Positions 11,062-24,050 are shown, counted from the whole stretch's first letter. The stretch: DNA of 63,519 nucleotides, filler included, from Chiloscyllium plagiosum (GCF_004010195.1; 5 parts of one record of this genome joined end to end with filler, not necessarily neighbours in it), one strand, 5' to 3'. Notes: generated from the letters alone by a model not told the origin. Translations and numbers: made by a program.

Positions 11062-11717
11062 TACCAAATACATCTCTTGAGTGTAATATCTAAAATCTCT
11101 TAGACTGGAATTTTTCCTTTTACTGATATAGTTGTGAAGGAAATTGCTAGAATTATATCAGGGATGAGAGAGTTTGATTGTTTGGGTTAAAGTAAAGAAG
11201 GTTATACAGCAAGTTGTTGTTATGACTTGCTGGATTGCACTGCCTGTAAGGCTGGGAAAAACAATTTCAATAGGAATTTTCAAAAGAGAATTGGATATTT
11301 ACTTTAAAAATGAAACATTTCCATGACTATGGGCTAATAGCAAAGAATAAAACTAAGTGTAAAGCTTTTCTGGAACAATAGACTGAATAGCCTCCTTCAA
11401 TATTCAATAATTCTATGATAGAGGGCATGAAATCTCTTTTCAATAGAGTGAGAGCAAATTTAAAAGTAAAAGAGATTGAAGGCTGAGAATAATTTGAATA
11501 AAAGCCATAAATACTCAATACTGTTTAATTATGGGCAGAGGGTTGTCTCTGAGATGAATTGTGTCATAAATGTTCTCTTGTGTACAGTAGTCTTTACCGA
11601 ATCAAGATTTAAACAAGATTTAAGTACAGTCTAATGTTGTAATTCATTTTCACAATGAATAAACTCTAATAGCTATTAAACCTCAAACTCTGAATAAGAT
11701 AAAAATTCTAATCTAAT

Positions 11718-13057
11718 CAAGTTTTGAGAAGATTTGTATCTCCGGTTGAGGTTCTGGCTGTAGGTTTGCTCGCTGAGTTAGAAAGTTCATTTCCAGACAT
11801 TTTGTCACCCTACTAGGTAACATCTTCAGTGGGCCTCTGGGCAAAGCACTGCTGATAATTCCTGCTTTCTATTTATATGTTTGGGCTTCTTTGGGTTCGT
11901 GATGTCATTTACTGTGGTGATGTCATTTCCTTTTCTTTTTCTCAGGAGGTGGTAGATGGGGTCTAACTTGATGCATTTGTTGATAGAGTTCTGGTTAGAA
12001 TGCCATGCGTCTAGGAATTCTCATGCATGTCTCTGTTTGGCTTGTCCTAGGATGGATGTGTTGTCCTAGTCGAAGTGTTGTCCTTCCTTATCTGTATGTA
12101 AGGATACTTGTGAGAGAGGCTCATGTTGCTTTGTGGCTAGTTGATATTCTTTTATCCTGGTGGCTAGTTTTCTGCCTGTTTGTCCAATGTAGTGTTTATT
12201 ACAGTTCTTGCACGGGATTTTGTAAACGACATTAGTTTTGCTTGTTGTCTGTATAGACGACGAGCCAACACACCCTGCAGCACAGAGGAACTACGCAGAC
12301 CAAAGGAAAATCACCTATACCGTATTCAAAAAGAATGCGTACCCAATGAAAACAGACAGTCGATTTCTCAGCAACAAACCCAAACAAGCAGACAAATCCG
12401 TCCAGAAACCCTAGCCACTCTCCCCTACATCAAAGACATCTTGGAAATGACTGCCAGACTACTCAGACTCCTTGGTATCATAGTAGCCCACAAACCCACT
12501 ACCACACTAAAACAGCAGCTAATGAACTTGAAAGATTCTATACAGACAACAAGCAAAACTAATGTCATTTACAAAATACCGTGCAAGAACTGTAACAAAC
12601 ACTACATTGGACAAACAGGCAGAAAACTAACCACCAGGATAAATGAACATGAACTAGCCACAAAATGACATGATCCTCTCTCACTAGTATGCTCACATAC
12701 AGATAAGGAAGGACACCATTTCGACTGGGATAACACATCCATCCTAGGACAAGCCAAACAGAAACACACACAAGAATTCCTAGAAGCATGGCATTCCAAC
12801 TGAAACTCTTTCAACAAACACATCGAGTTAGACCGCATCTACCACCCCCTGAGAAAAAGAACAGGAAATTACATCACCACAGTAAATGACATGACCACAG
12901 TAAATGGCATCACCAACCCAAAGAAACCCAAACATATAACTGAAAGAAGGAATTATCAGCAGTGCTTCGCCCGGAGGCCCACTGAAGATGTTACCGAGTA
13001 GGGTGACGAAACATCTGGAAATGAACCTTGTAGCTCAGCGAGCAAACCTACATCTAG
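11718..13057. mobile_element. Poseidon-type Penelope element, inverted head-to-head structure, GIY-YIG endonuclease region
   Basis: The + arm (12257-13057) encodes TLPYIK...NVIYKIPCKNCNKHYIGQTGRKLTTRINEH. The - arm (11718-12256) is its reverse complement. 13-bp TSD ATTCTAATCTAAT at 11705-11717 and 13058-13070. Confidence 0.92.
12979..13018 (+). ncRNA. Minimal type-I hammerhead ribozyme motif (PLE-associated), stem III mutated
   Basis: CCA-CTGAAGA-T-GTTACC-gagtag-GGTGAC-GAAA-CATC-TGG. Core boxes, stem I (CCA/TGG) and a 6-bp stem II are visible. Confidence 0.7.
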
Positions 13058-15029
13058 ATTCTAATCTAATATTACCCTACTCATTTTTTGTACTTTTATA
13101 TTTTATTTGGAATGATTATCATAAAACTGACTTTATTTCAGACCCTGGCTGTGATAGAAGTTGATTTTTAAATAAATAACATTTGAAATAAAGGCCCTAG
13201 TTACTTCAGTAAGTGATCAGAGGCTCTCATATTTGCAAATGTGTTCATACTGCCCAACATCTGAGTACACAAGAAAATAATCTGAGGTGTAACAATGAAT
13301 CTTCTTATGAGTTGAAGCTTTCAAGAGGGCATTGTATGATTACTTGGATAAAAACAAAGAGCAGAGATATGAAGAAAAAGCAGGAGATTGGCCTGAAGTA
13401 ATTATGCTTGTTTTCAAGGCAGTGCAGACACAATGGGCCTAACAGCCTCCTTCTATGCCATAACTCTTGTGTGATTTGACTTAATGCTTATTAATCTTGC
13501 AATATTACCTTCCAATATGTACAACGGTGAAACTATAAACTCTCCAGTGCTCTTGGTTCAATATGTATTGCTAAGCTACTTTATTTTACAGACAAAAAGT
13601 GAAGGTACAGAGTAATAGCTGTAAATGAACTGTATGGACTCAAGTTCACTTATTTTCTCAGAATTAATGGGATAATAAAAGCATTAAATCACTTACATTC
13701 TTTCTTCTGTGGGCTGTCTTACTTGTTTATTGTACTACTTCTCTTTATAGGCAATTCCTCACTGCAGTAACTGGCCTTCTGCATGATTTCTTTCAGCTCA
13801 AGGTTAAAGCATTGCCTTTACTATTTAAAACCTGAGTAAGTACTCATATATTTCTGTTTTTCTGTTTCTGGATTTTAAAATGGCAGGTTGGATTGTTCCA
13901 GAGACAACAAACAACTTAATCATACTGGATTCACATAAATCAAACTACCCTGTTATAACTTACATGAATGTTTTGTGGAACTTTGTGAATAAAAGTTGAT
14001 CAATTTTTTTATTCAATACAGAGACATCACAATTAAATCTTCACACAACTCCAAATGATGCCTCCCTCTTTTCTTTGTCTCAAAGAGCTAATGGCTTTTT
14101 AAACTTGTGCTTTAAATTAGAGATTTTAAATTTTGGACTTTGTTTTAAAAGTTAACCATACCTTATTCTGGATCCTTTCTGTGAAAAAGAAACAATGGTA
14201 GAACATGACCAAGTCATTTAAGTTGCCTTCACCAATACCTAAGCCTACCCACTATCGAGAAAGGCCCAGTGAATGGTAATCGGAGCTGCTCTTTCTCCCT
14301 CAGCCAATTGATTCAGTGTAACAACTTTAATTGACTGTGGTGTGGCTAATGCAAATCAAGATTTGAACACAATCTTCGTGATCTATATGATGGTGCCTTT
14401 TCCTCGTCAAGTGTAAGATTCTTATCAGTCTTAGTACCTAGTTATCAATAGAAAGTTTGATGCATGAAATACTTTTTTTAGAGTGTTAATGTAGTGAACT
14501 GAGATCAAGTTTGACATCTTGTTCACACTTCCCACCAATGAATGGAAGTACAGCCATATTTTTCTGCTATTTGAAGTCAATCCTCACGTACTAGCGGTAG
14601 ACACATTCTCCATCCAAAATACACATTTATACTTTTAAATTTTATCTGTGTGGCTATGTTACTCTCTCATTCCTCTGTGTTTTAGATTGCAAATGGAAAA
14701 AAAATTAAACAGTGTTTTGTGGCCTATGAAAAAGAGATGGTATTTCCTGTCGATCTGTTAGAAGGCTACCCACAAAAAGCTGACAATCGTGTGATATGAA
14801 TCTTCTCCATATCAATGCAGATTTTATTACAGCAATAGGAAGAGGGGTTGAGTGTTGTCTAGCAACAGTGATGTTGTCAAGTAGGGTTTTGTACTCAACT
14901 ATATTGAAGAATTGTCTTGGAAAGCACTGATTGGTAATCCCTTAATTTTAGAGGAAGACTAACAACATATAAAGTGAAAAATTCCATCAAGCTTTCTAGG
15001 ATTTGCATCTGTGAGGACTTGAAAGGTGT

Positions 15030-16410
15030 AGGAGAAAGTGAGGACTACAGATGCTGGAGATCAGAGCTGAAAAATGTGTTGCTGGAAAAGTGCAGCAGGT
15101 CAGGCAGCATCCAAGGAGCAGGAGAATCGACATTTCGGGCATAAGCCCTTCTTCAGGAATGAAGAGGGTGTGCCAAGCAGGCTAAGATAAAAGGTAGGGA
15201 GGAGGGACTTGGGGGAGGGGCGTTGNNNNNNNNNNNNNNNNNNNNNNNNNNNNNNNNNNNNNNNNNNNNNNNNNNNNNNNNNNNNNNNNNNNNNNNNNNN
15301 NNNNNNNNNNNNNNNNNNNNNNNNNNNNNNNNNNNNNNNNNNNNNNNNNNNNNNNNNNNNNNNNNNNNNNNNNNNNNNNNNNNNNNNNNNNNNNNNNNNN
15401 NNNNNNNNNNNNNNNNNNNNNNNNNNNNNNNNNNNNNNNNNNNNNNNNNNNNNNNNNNNNNNNNNNNNNNNNNNNNNNNNNNNNNNNNNNNNNNNNNNNN
15501 NNNNNNNNNNNNNNNNNNNNNNNNNNNNNNNNNNNNNNNNNNNNNNNNNNNNNNNNNNNNNNNNNNNNNNNNNNNNNNNNNNNNNNNNNNNNNNNNNNNN
15601 NNNNNNNNNNNNNNNNNNNNNNNNNNNNNNNNNNNNNNNNNNNNNNNNNNNNNNNNNNNNNNNNNNNNNNNNNNNNNNNNNNNNNNNNNNNNNNNNNNNN
15701 NNNNNNNNNNNNNNNNNNNNNNNNNNNNNNNNNNNNNNNNNNNNNNNNNNNNNNNNNNNNNNNNNNNNNNNNNNNNNNNNNNNNNNNNNNNNNNNNNNNN
15801 NNNNNNNNNNNNNNNNNNNNNNNNNNNNNNNNNNNNNNNNNNNNNNNNNNNNNNNNNNNNNNNNNNNNNNNNNNNNNNNNNNNNNNNNNNNNNNNNNNNN
15901 NNNNNNNNNNNNNNNNNNNNNNNNNNNNNNNNNNNNNNNNNNNNNNNNNNNNNNNNNNNNNNNNNNNNNNNNNNNNNNNNNNNNNNNNNNNNNNNNNNNN
16001 NNNNNNNNNNNNNNNNNNNNNNNNNNNNNNNNNNNNNNNNGTAAATGATGTGTGTGGAGGTGCAGGTGAATTTGTGACGGATATGGAAGGATCCCTTGGG
16101 GCCTTGGAGGGAAGTGAAGGGGGAGGTGTGGGCGCAAGTTTTACATTTCTTGCGGTTGCAGGGGAAGGTGCCAGGAGTGGAGGTTGTGTTGGTGGGGGGG
16201 GAGGGTGTAGACCTGATGAGGGAGTCGTGGAGGGAGTAGTCTTTCTGGAACACTGATAGGGGAGGGGAGGGAAATATATCCTTGGTGGTGGGGTCTGTTT
16301 GGAGGTGGCTGAACTGACGAAGGATGATACGATGTATCTGGAGGTTGGTGGGGTGGTAGGTGAAGACCAATGGGGTTCGTCCTGGTGGCGATTGGAGGGG
16401 TGTACCCTAT
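15030..16410 (-). mobile_element. Neptune-type Penelope 3' part spanning a sized N gap (15226-16040)
   Basis: VFTYHP...GTFPCNRKKCKTC (Cys linker typical of Neptune)...FTCTSTHIIY (start of GIY-YIG); family A terminal repeat at 15030-15160. Confidence 0.88.
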
Positions 16411-18899
16411 GGAGGAGGAAGGGAATCACTTACAGCAGTTTCTGAATTCATAATTATAATGCTGAAGAATGCTGCCAATTTCAACATTACATCAGCAATA
16501 CAACAGTGAATTCCAGCCCTTGGTTTAATCGATTGTTCACTGATACAGCGATCTTGGAAGCTTCACTTAACTCATCATGCAGTCTGAAAGCAATTTATCT
16601 TGTTTGAATAATAGAGTTTATAGGGTGAGTATTGCACTTGAGGTGTGTATAGAGTGAACACTATTATTTTATGCTTCATATCTTCATGTATATTTTTTCT
16701 CTTTGGGCAATTCTGGAGAAGTGTTGGAAGATTAGCAGAGCAATTATCAACCTGTTGAACTATGTCAACAACACTCCTTCTGCCATCAACAAGTCTTAGA
16801 CAAGGAATTGAACCTAGAACTCCTGTCTGCTATAGACCGAATCAAAACAAAATCTGCTCTAATGGATTCCAAAGTCGACTTGAATATTTATAGTTTGTAG
16901 GAGGAGTGAATTTGATGAACCAAAAGAGCATTTCATCATCATGTTTACTGGTGTTATAGAGCCAATCTATTCCTTTTTTACTTTCTCTTGACAACTCCAC
17001 ATTATGATGGAGTCAGTTGCCCTCATCGTTGTGCTCATCTGCACCAAATTCTATGGCACAATGAGAAGGAAAAGGGGGAAGGTAGCCATTAGACAGCATC
17101 TATGTCCTCATAGAATTTAATATGAATTTCTTGATGTAACCCTAAACATGAAGCGACCACATTCAAATACCACTTGAATGAAGTCAAAGTGGCAATAATG
17201 AATCAGCATAGAAAGTACTGAAAAACCCATCTGTTTACAGAAACATAATCATTCAGTCTTCACTCACCCTTAAGAAAGGGACTTAAAAGGGCTGCCAACA
17301 ATCTGCAATAAAGTCTAAATAAGTCACTCTATCATTATTATTTCAACACAGAGGATTTGTGGCTCTGAGATCACATGAATGTCGTTATTGGAAAGATGCC
17401 AGATTGACTTAAAGCGACCAACCTCTAAACATCTATGTGCATAATTTAAAACATTAGCTTACAGTACACTTCCTGTCTATACAATTTCAGTTCTAACAGT
17501 TACATTTTTGTAATACCCATGTAATAGACTTGCTTTTTGTAATTTCGTGACAAGGACAGTATTTATTTCTTAACTAATTGTCCTTTAACAGATCAATTAA
17601 CTACGCCACTTCAGGGGAAGGTTAAGACTGAGCCAAATTGCCTTGTGTCTGGAGTCACATGTAGACCAGACTGGGTAAAGACAACAGATAGCCTTCACTA
17701 AATGATATTAGTGAAAAAGTATGAATCACTAGTTTTCTAACTATAAATGTCTATGTTCACATTTGCAATTGTTTTTTGCTACTTCACCCTCTGAACTGCT
17801 TGACCACTGGGTTACACAAGGGCTTCAGGACCCTGGAGAAGCCTTATGATGATATCATGGAGTTGCAGATAATAGAGCATAAGTAGCACAGTGTGAGTGG
17901 AGGTAGAGCCGAGGAAGAATCACATGAGCAAATGGATATGAAGACATGAAGCATAAAGATCCCGAATGTAACTATAAGTCAGAGCCTGGTGTATCTATGA
18001 TTATCAATCATAGCAGTGTTTAGCATTAATGTATAATAAATAGTGTTACTTTGAAATCTAAACTTGTGGTTAGGGTCAGGGTTAAGACAATTCTTGACCT
18101 TGCCTTTTCCTTGCACAGTTTGTAAAGCATCCAAACTTGTTGCATGACATCAAACCACACAGACCATGAAAAATAGTTGAGACTACTCATCCACATTTTC
18201 CTCAGTACCTGAGCTTAATTTTAAAATAAAGATTTCAGCAAAGTAGAAGCTAAAATTATTATTTTACAACAATTGCATTTACGCATTGAACTGTTTCACC
18301 TGTAAGTTTTTAATTGATAATATAAAAACCCCACAAAGCACTGAGGTTTGTTATGATACTTATACCACAGCTGTGGTTCCATTAGCTGAACTTGGATTGT
18401 ACAGTTTGAGAGAATGAAATGTACCAATTTTCCAATGATAGTACCATCTGTACTCTGTTGAGATGAAGCATCTTTCAATAGGATGAGAGTATTTTCAACC
18501 TATGAAAACCATAAGTTACAACCTTTTAATGATGTAACATTTTATGTAGTGTGCTGTTAAAAGAGAAAGTTGCAAGTCGATAGAAAATAAAGCCAGGCAG
18601 AGTATAATAAGGGTGACTAATCTAATCCCATCTGTTTCACACTAAGTGCCGGAGATTAGAATTAACATTATAATGTTCTATTAAAGCTATATATTCAAGA
18701 AAGTGAATTAAAGTGAGGAAGAGTGAGAAGGGTTGAGAGAGAGAGATGATCTTAAATTTCAATAGCTTTAAAAGGCATAAATGAATCTATTTATCTTGGT
18801 GTGTGAACCTGAATTCCTGGGAGAGGCTCTTCTAAATTTATACCCACATAAATTCCTTCTTAAATACCACAAGTAATCCAGAATGTTGAATATAATTTT

Positions 18900-19460
18900 A
18901 TAGGAACTATGTAGCAGATGGAGTGAGGCCTGGATAACTCTCTTTGTACTAAATCGCATCACTTCTTGTAATACTTGCTGTGCAAGGGTGGAAGGATCTG
19001 AAAGGGTTTGATGGTTAAGTACAACCTATTATGGTGAGGTGATATGGCTTGGATGGATCTCGCGGAAATAAGCCCTACCATCCGGGTCTTCCTCATAGAC
19101 AATGCAATAAAGATTACCATTTAATGTAACTTGCACATAGCTGCTATCATGCAACAAACTACTTCTTGTTTACGGCAAGACCCTCTTCTTGGTAGAAGAC
19201 CAAAGGACTTTCCTCTACTATTCTAGATCAAGCAGGTTCAAATATCCCTACCAGGGAAGAGTTTGTTGCTGCCAAACCTCCCAGATAGTTTGGATTACAC
19301 AGACTGATAAGCATTGGTAAGGAATCATCTTACGACAGCCTAAGGGAAGTCTCTATCAATCGCATAGCCAATGACTAAATCTTTAATGACATCAATTCAT
19401 GTGGTGAATGATGTGTAGAAGGACTTTGTGTAAGATGGTCATGGAGGAACCTCATCCTGC
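18900..19460 (+). mobile_element. Very decayed RTE-like LINE 3' fragment
   Basis: TILDQAGSNIPTREEFVAAKPPR*FGL...WSWRNLI loosely resembles the RTE C-terminal LRW.GH...WR pattern. Confidence 0.35.
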
Positions 19461-19487
19461 TATGTATAAATTACACATTGATCAGTA

Positions 19488-19730
19488 CAGAACAAATTTG
19501 ATTATCCGAACGAGACGGGCAAGGGATAATATTTTGTTTGGATAACTGATTGTTCAGATAGTTGATCTGATTATAAACAAGCAGTAATTTATGAGTGCCA
19601 GTTATCGAACATGCCTCGGTTATCCGGAAATGCACGCCATAATGCCTTTTAACTGATAACTGAATGCTGAGTTCCTAATGCCGTTTTTACGAGACCTTGA
19701 GATCTTGTTCGGATAATCAAGGTTGTACTG
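19488..19730. mobile_element. Tc1/mariner-superfamily (Tigger/pogo-like) MITE
   Basis: Terminal inverted repeats of about 28 bp (CAGAACAAATTTGATTATCCGAACGAGA and TCTTGTTCGGATAATCAAGGTTGTACTG) with TA on both sides. Confidence 0.8.
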
Positions 19731-19822
19731 TAAAATGTTTCTGGATACAAGCACACTCTCCATGTCTGCCTTTAAGGTGTGTTCATCTGACTTATACCAT
19801 GTCACAAGCCAGCAGCACAGGT

Positions 19823-20156
19823 GCTGCACGACGGCACAGTGGTCAGCATTTTTGCTTCACACCATTAAGGACCTTGGTTCAATTTCAACCTTGGGTGACT
19901 CTCTGTGTGGAGTTTGCATATTCTCTCCATGTCTGCATGGGTTTCTGCCAGGTGCTCTGGTTTCCTCTCACAGTCCAAAGATGTGCAGGTTAGGTGCACT
20001 AGCCATTCTAAATCGCTCATTGTGTCCAGGGTTGTGCAACATAGGTGATCTAGCCCATGGTAAGTGCAGGGCTACTGTGATAGAATGGGGCCCTCTTTGG
20101 AGGGATGGGGCAAACTTGATGAGTTGAATGGCTTCTGCACAGTAGGGACTCCATGA
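19823..20156 (+). mobile_element. HE1-related SINE, older variant
   Basis: A/B boxes and body tgtgtggagtttgcatattctc...cacagtccaaagatgtgcaggttagg. Confidence 0.8.
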
Positions 20157-21194
20157 AACTGATAATCTTAAAGATTACTTGATATGTTTATCTATTTAGT
20201 TGGGTAGAGACTAAAGAAGTTTATTTCCTTGGGGATTTTTATGATTATTGATTGTAACTTTGTTGGTTGGATTATTGTTAGATGACGTTGAGGGTCCACT
20301 GTGAGGAATCATTGATGGATGGTTTCTCCCTCCATTCCCTCTGACAATATTTTCCCATGTGAAAATGTTATTCATTATTTTACTGGCTCCAAAATGCATC
20401 TCCCAAAAGACTTCCCTTAAAACAGTGTTAGTATGCTGGATATTTTCTTAAAATATACATTTAGGTTACAGTATGTCATTATTGCACTTTGTTCTTGACC
20501 TCTTGCATGTGGTTGCTATCACGGAGTAAATGGCTTCTTGTTTGAGACTTGTTCATTCTTATGAGGGCCTTCCTCAAGGTTAACCAGTTTGCAATCCAGT
20601 TTTCCATAATGCAATTCTTTAATATCACATTTGCCAGGGCAGCTTACTTAATCATGTCATTAATTTTCACTAAATCACTGTGTTTTCTGGGAGCGCTTGG
20701 GGCTCCAGATTGGACTCTTAAAACCAATCAAGCCCCCACTGTAAATGTATTATAATATCGCCAACTATAAAAAGACTTCACTCCCTTAAAGTTCAAATCG
20801 TGTCCAACAACAAGCTGATTTTCTGTAATTCAATGTTCAGTATGCAGGGAGCTGTAATGATTCATTTATCTTTTGTCAGTCTGTCCCTTTACAAAATGGG
20901 AGCAGAATGAAGGAAGCAGGTTTGACCTTATCCAGCAATAGTGCGTTTATGAACACCATCAAAAAAGAGTGAAATAAGGGAGTTCAACGTCAAAGCACAC
21001 ATCAGTTTCAAAAGTTAAACTGAACAGGCCAGTTATATATTTAAAGGGAAATTCTTCATGAGTTCATAGAACTCTATTCAGGAATTCCCCCCAAAATGTA
21101 TCGCAATTCATGGTGGTCTGCTGTGGCTTCAACAATTTGATCTTCAGGAAGACCAGAAAATTACAGTACTCACATGGTGTGGGTGTTAGGAGGA

Positions 21195-21640
21195 TCTATT
21201 GGGAAAATGCTAGTATTCATTATTAAAGCAGAATTAGCAGGACACTTAGAAAAGCTTAATGTAAAGAAACAATCAATGTAGTTTTGTGAAAAGGAAATTA
21301 TGTTTTCTAAATGCGTTAGAGTTTTTTGAGAAGGGTGTTAAAGATAAAATTGTAGATATAGTGCATTTGGATTTCAAGAAGGCATTCAATAAGGTACCAC
21401 ATTAAAAAGTTATTAAGCAAGATGGATGCTCCACAATATTGGGTATAATGTATTGACATGGGCTGAGGATTGATTAATATGCAGGAGACAGAATCGGGAT
21501 TAATAGATTTTTTCAGATTGTGGACTACAATGAACTCCTACAAAAGAGGAGTTGAGACCTGGGGCAGATCAAGATGATGTTGTTGAATGGTGGGGCAGGA
21601 AATGAATGGCCTATTCTTGCTGCTGCATCTTACATTCTAA
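21195..21640 (+). mobile_element. Decayed CR1 RT and 3' fragments
   Basis: VDIVHLDFKKAFNKVPH motif near 21352-21402. Confidence 0.7.
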
Positions 21641-22730
21641 TGAGAGAAAATCAGAAGCTAAATTGCCTGAGACAGATAGACATAGTCAGGAGTTGATACG
21701 ATAGGATTCTAGACAGTTGATAAGAGAGAATTGAGACAAATTCTCTCTTGTGATCTGAATCTAATTATATAATTTGTCTGAACAAAAGTAAGATTTATTA
21801 AGTCACTCAAAATTACTGAAAAATTGGAGTGGCTGAAATTAAGTTAATAATAAATCAGCAAACGTTCCTGAAAATGCTTAACCTTATTTTTATGAGAGAT
21901 TTTAGAACATAGTGAAAAACAATACTTGCTATCATTAACTGGCAATAACTTTACTGAGCAGTAATAGTTTTAATTTGTGTACAACAAGCAAATATACAAG
22001 CTAGCTATCCTGGTCCATACACCTCTTGAATCCCTGAAAACAGAACTCCAGTTTGGACCAGTACTGGCATTTCCAGTTTTACCTGTCTTCACTGGTTTTG
22101 CCCTCTCACACTCAATTATTAATCGCAGTTTCACTTTCTCAGATCATTCTGAGTTGACAGAAAAAGTATTTAAGAACTATTTAGATGAGCACTTGAAACT
22201 CGTAGTGTACAAGGTTCGGGGCCAAGTGCTGAGAAATAGGATTAGAACAGATATGTGTTTAATAGTCAGTCTGGACATGATGGGCCGAAGCATCTTTCTC
22301 CATGCTGTAAAAACGTGGTGACTCTCACTGCATTAGGCATTTCCTGAAATGTCATTTAAGGAAGAATAATATCAGCTACAAATATTCACAAGTAACAATA
22401 AAGATTGTGCTTTTAGCTTGCGTTTGGTGTTAGAAATTTAGCTCCTGTTACTGGAATGTTGAGGTCAACCTTATGCAGTCATAAACCCATAAGACTCAGA
22501 CAGATGTGCAAACATCAGAGATTAGAGAATCTAACCTTCAACCTGCATTCCTAGTAAGGGTCTTTATAATAACACAGGGGCAACATGAGGTCTGTCTTCT
22601 ACTGTAGACCCCTGAGATGATGATATATTTCACACAGGTGTGTTGGAATGCAATGCGCCTCCATTATTTTAACTGGGACCACTCTTTTATTGTAGTGGGA
22701 ACCCAGATGATAATTTCAGAAACCAGTTTA

Positions 22731-23037
22731 ATTAGATTACTTACAGTGTGGAAACAGGCCCTTCAGCCCAACAAGTCCACAATGACCCTCTGAAGAGCAA
22801 CCCACCAAGACCCATTCCCCAACATTTACCCCTTCACCTAACACTACAGGCAATTTAGCATGGCCAATTCACCTAACCTGCACGTTTTTGGACTGTGGGA
22901 GGAAACCGGAGCACCCAGAGGAAACCCACGCAGACACGGGGAGAATGTGCAAACTCCTCACAGGCAGTTACCCGAGGCGGGAATTGAACCCAGGTCTCTG
23001 GCGCTGTGATGCAGCAGTGCTTGCCACTGTACCGCCC
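22731..23037 (-). mobile_element. HE1-type SINE
   Basis: Reverse complement of the 1085-1402 family. Confidence 0.9.
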
Positions 23038-23194
23038 TCAATGACACAATTATTATTTGAACCTAATCTAGGATCTTCACATTGGCATTTTTTGAGTCAG
23101 GGCCACTGACGAGACATCAGCAGTAGGAATTTAGGCTCAGAATTCCCATTTGCAATATTGTTCCTGACTCACTGCTTGATAATCCATCTGCTTA

Positions 23195-23975
23195 AGTCAG
23201 GATGATTGAGGGATAAATCTTGATAAGGATACCAGAGAGCACTCTTCAAATAATGTCAAACAATGTTTTATGTCCATCTAACTGGCTGTAAGGGATTCAA
23301 AATTAGAAAGTATTGGAGTAAATCAGGAGAAGTGGCAGCATCTGTGGAGAGCAAAAATAAAGTTAACATTTCGAGTTATAGCATCATAGAGATGTACAGT
23401 ATGGGAACAGACCTTTCAGTTCAACTCATCCATGCCGACCAGATATTTTAAATAAATCTAGTTCCATTTGCCAGCATTTGGCCCATATCCCTCTAAACCT
23501 TTCTTATTCATACAACCGTCTAGATCCCTTTGAAATGTTGCAATTGTACCAGCTTCCGCCACTTCCTCTGGCAGCTCATTCCATACACGCAGCATCCTCT
23601 GCATGAAAAAGTTGCCCCTTAGTTCCCTTTTATACCTTTCCCCTCTCATAAACCTATGGGCCTCTAGTTTTTGATGCTCCAGGGAAAATAGCCCCAGCCT
23701 ATTCAACTTCTCCTTATAACTCAAAGCCTCTAGCCCTGGCAACATCCTTGTAAATCTTTTCTGAACCCTTTCAATTTTCACAACCGGTGACCTTTCTTTC
23801 AGAACTCAAAATGTATTTAAGGGTATAAGGGATCTCAGTTGAATGACTGAGAGGTCTCTGACAATACAATATCCCTGCAATATTGCATTGGACTGTCAAT
23901 CAAGATTTTGTTCTCAAATCTTGGAGATCCACATTCTTCTGATTCAGAGTTAACGATTAACTGGCCTTTAACGAT
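23195..23975 (-). mobile_element. Nested composite: DeuSINE-like SINE containing a PLE family-D repeat (23295-23376, 23784-23806), itself containing a HER1 3' end (23377-23783)
   Basis: Outer halves resemble 59040-59300. ORF 23458..23781(-) has ERVQKRFTRMLPGL...WNELP. Confidence 0.7.
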
Positions 23976-24050
23976 CAGTTTTATCCCAAAGCAACATTTT
24001 CCACATGGCTACTGTAGTATTAGATCATCCATGATCAAGTGTTTTCTTTG

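Noticed and set aside
15100..16429. Long ORFs of 270-415 aa
   Set aside because: Length is an artefact of translating through the N gap; only the PLE-derived ends are real.
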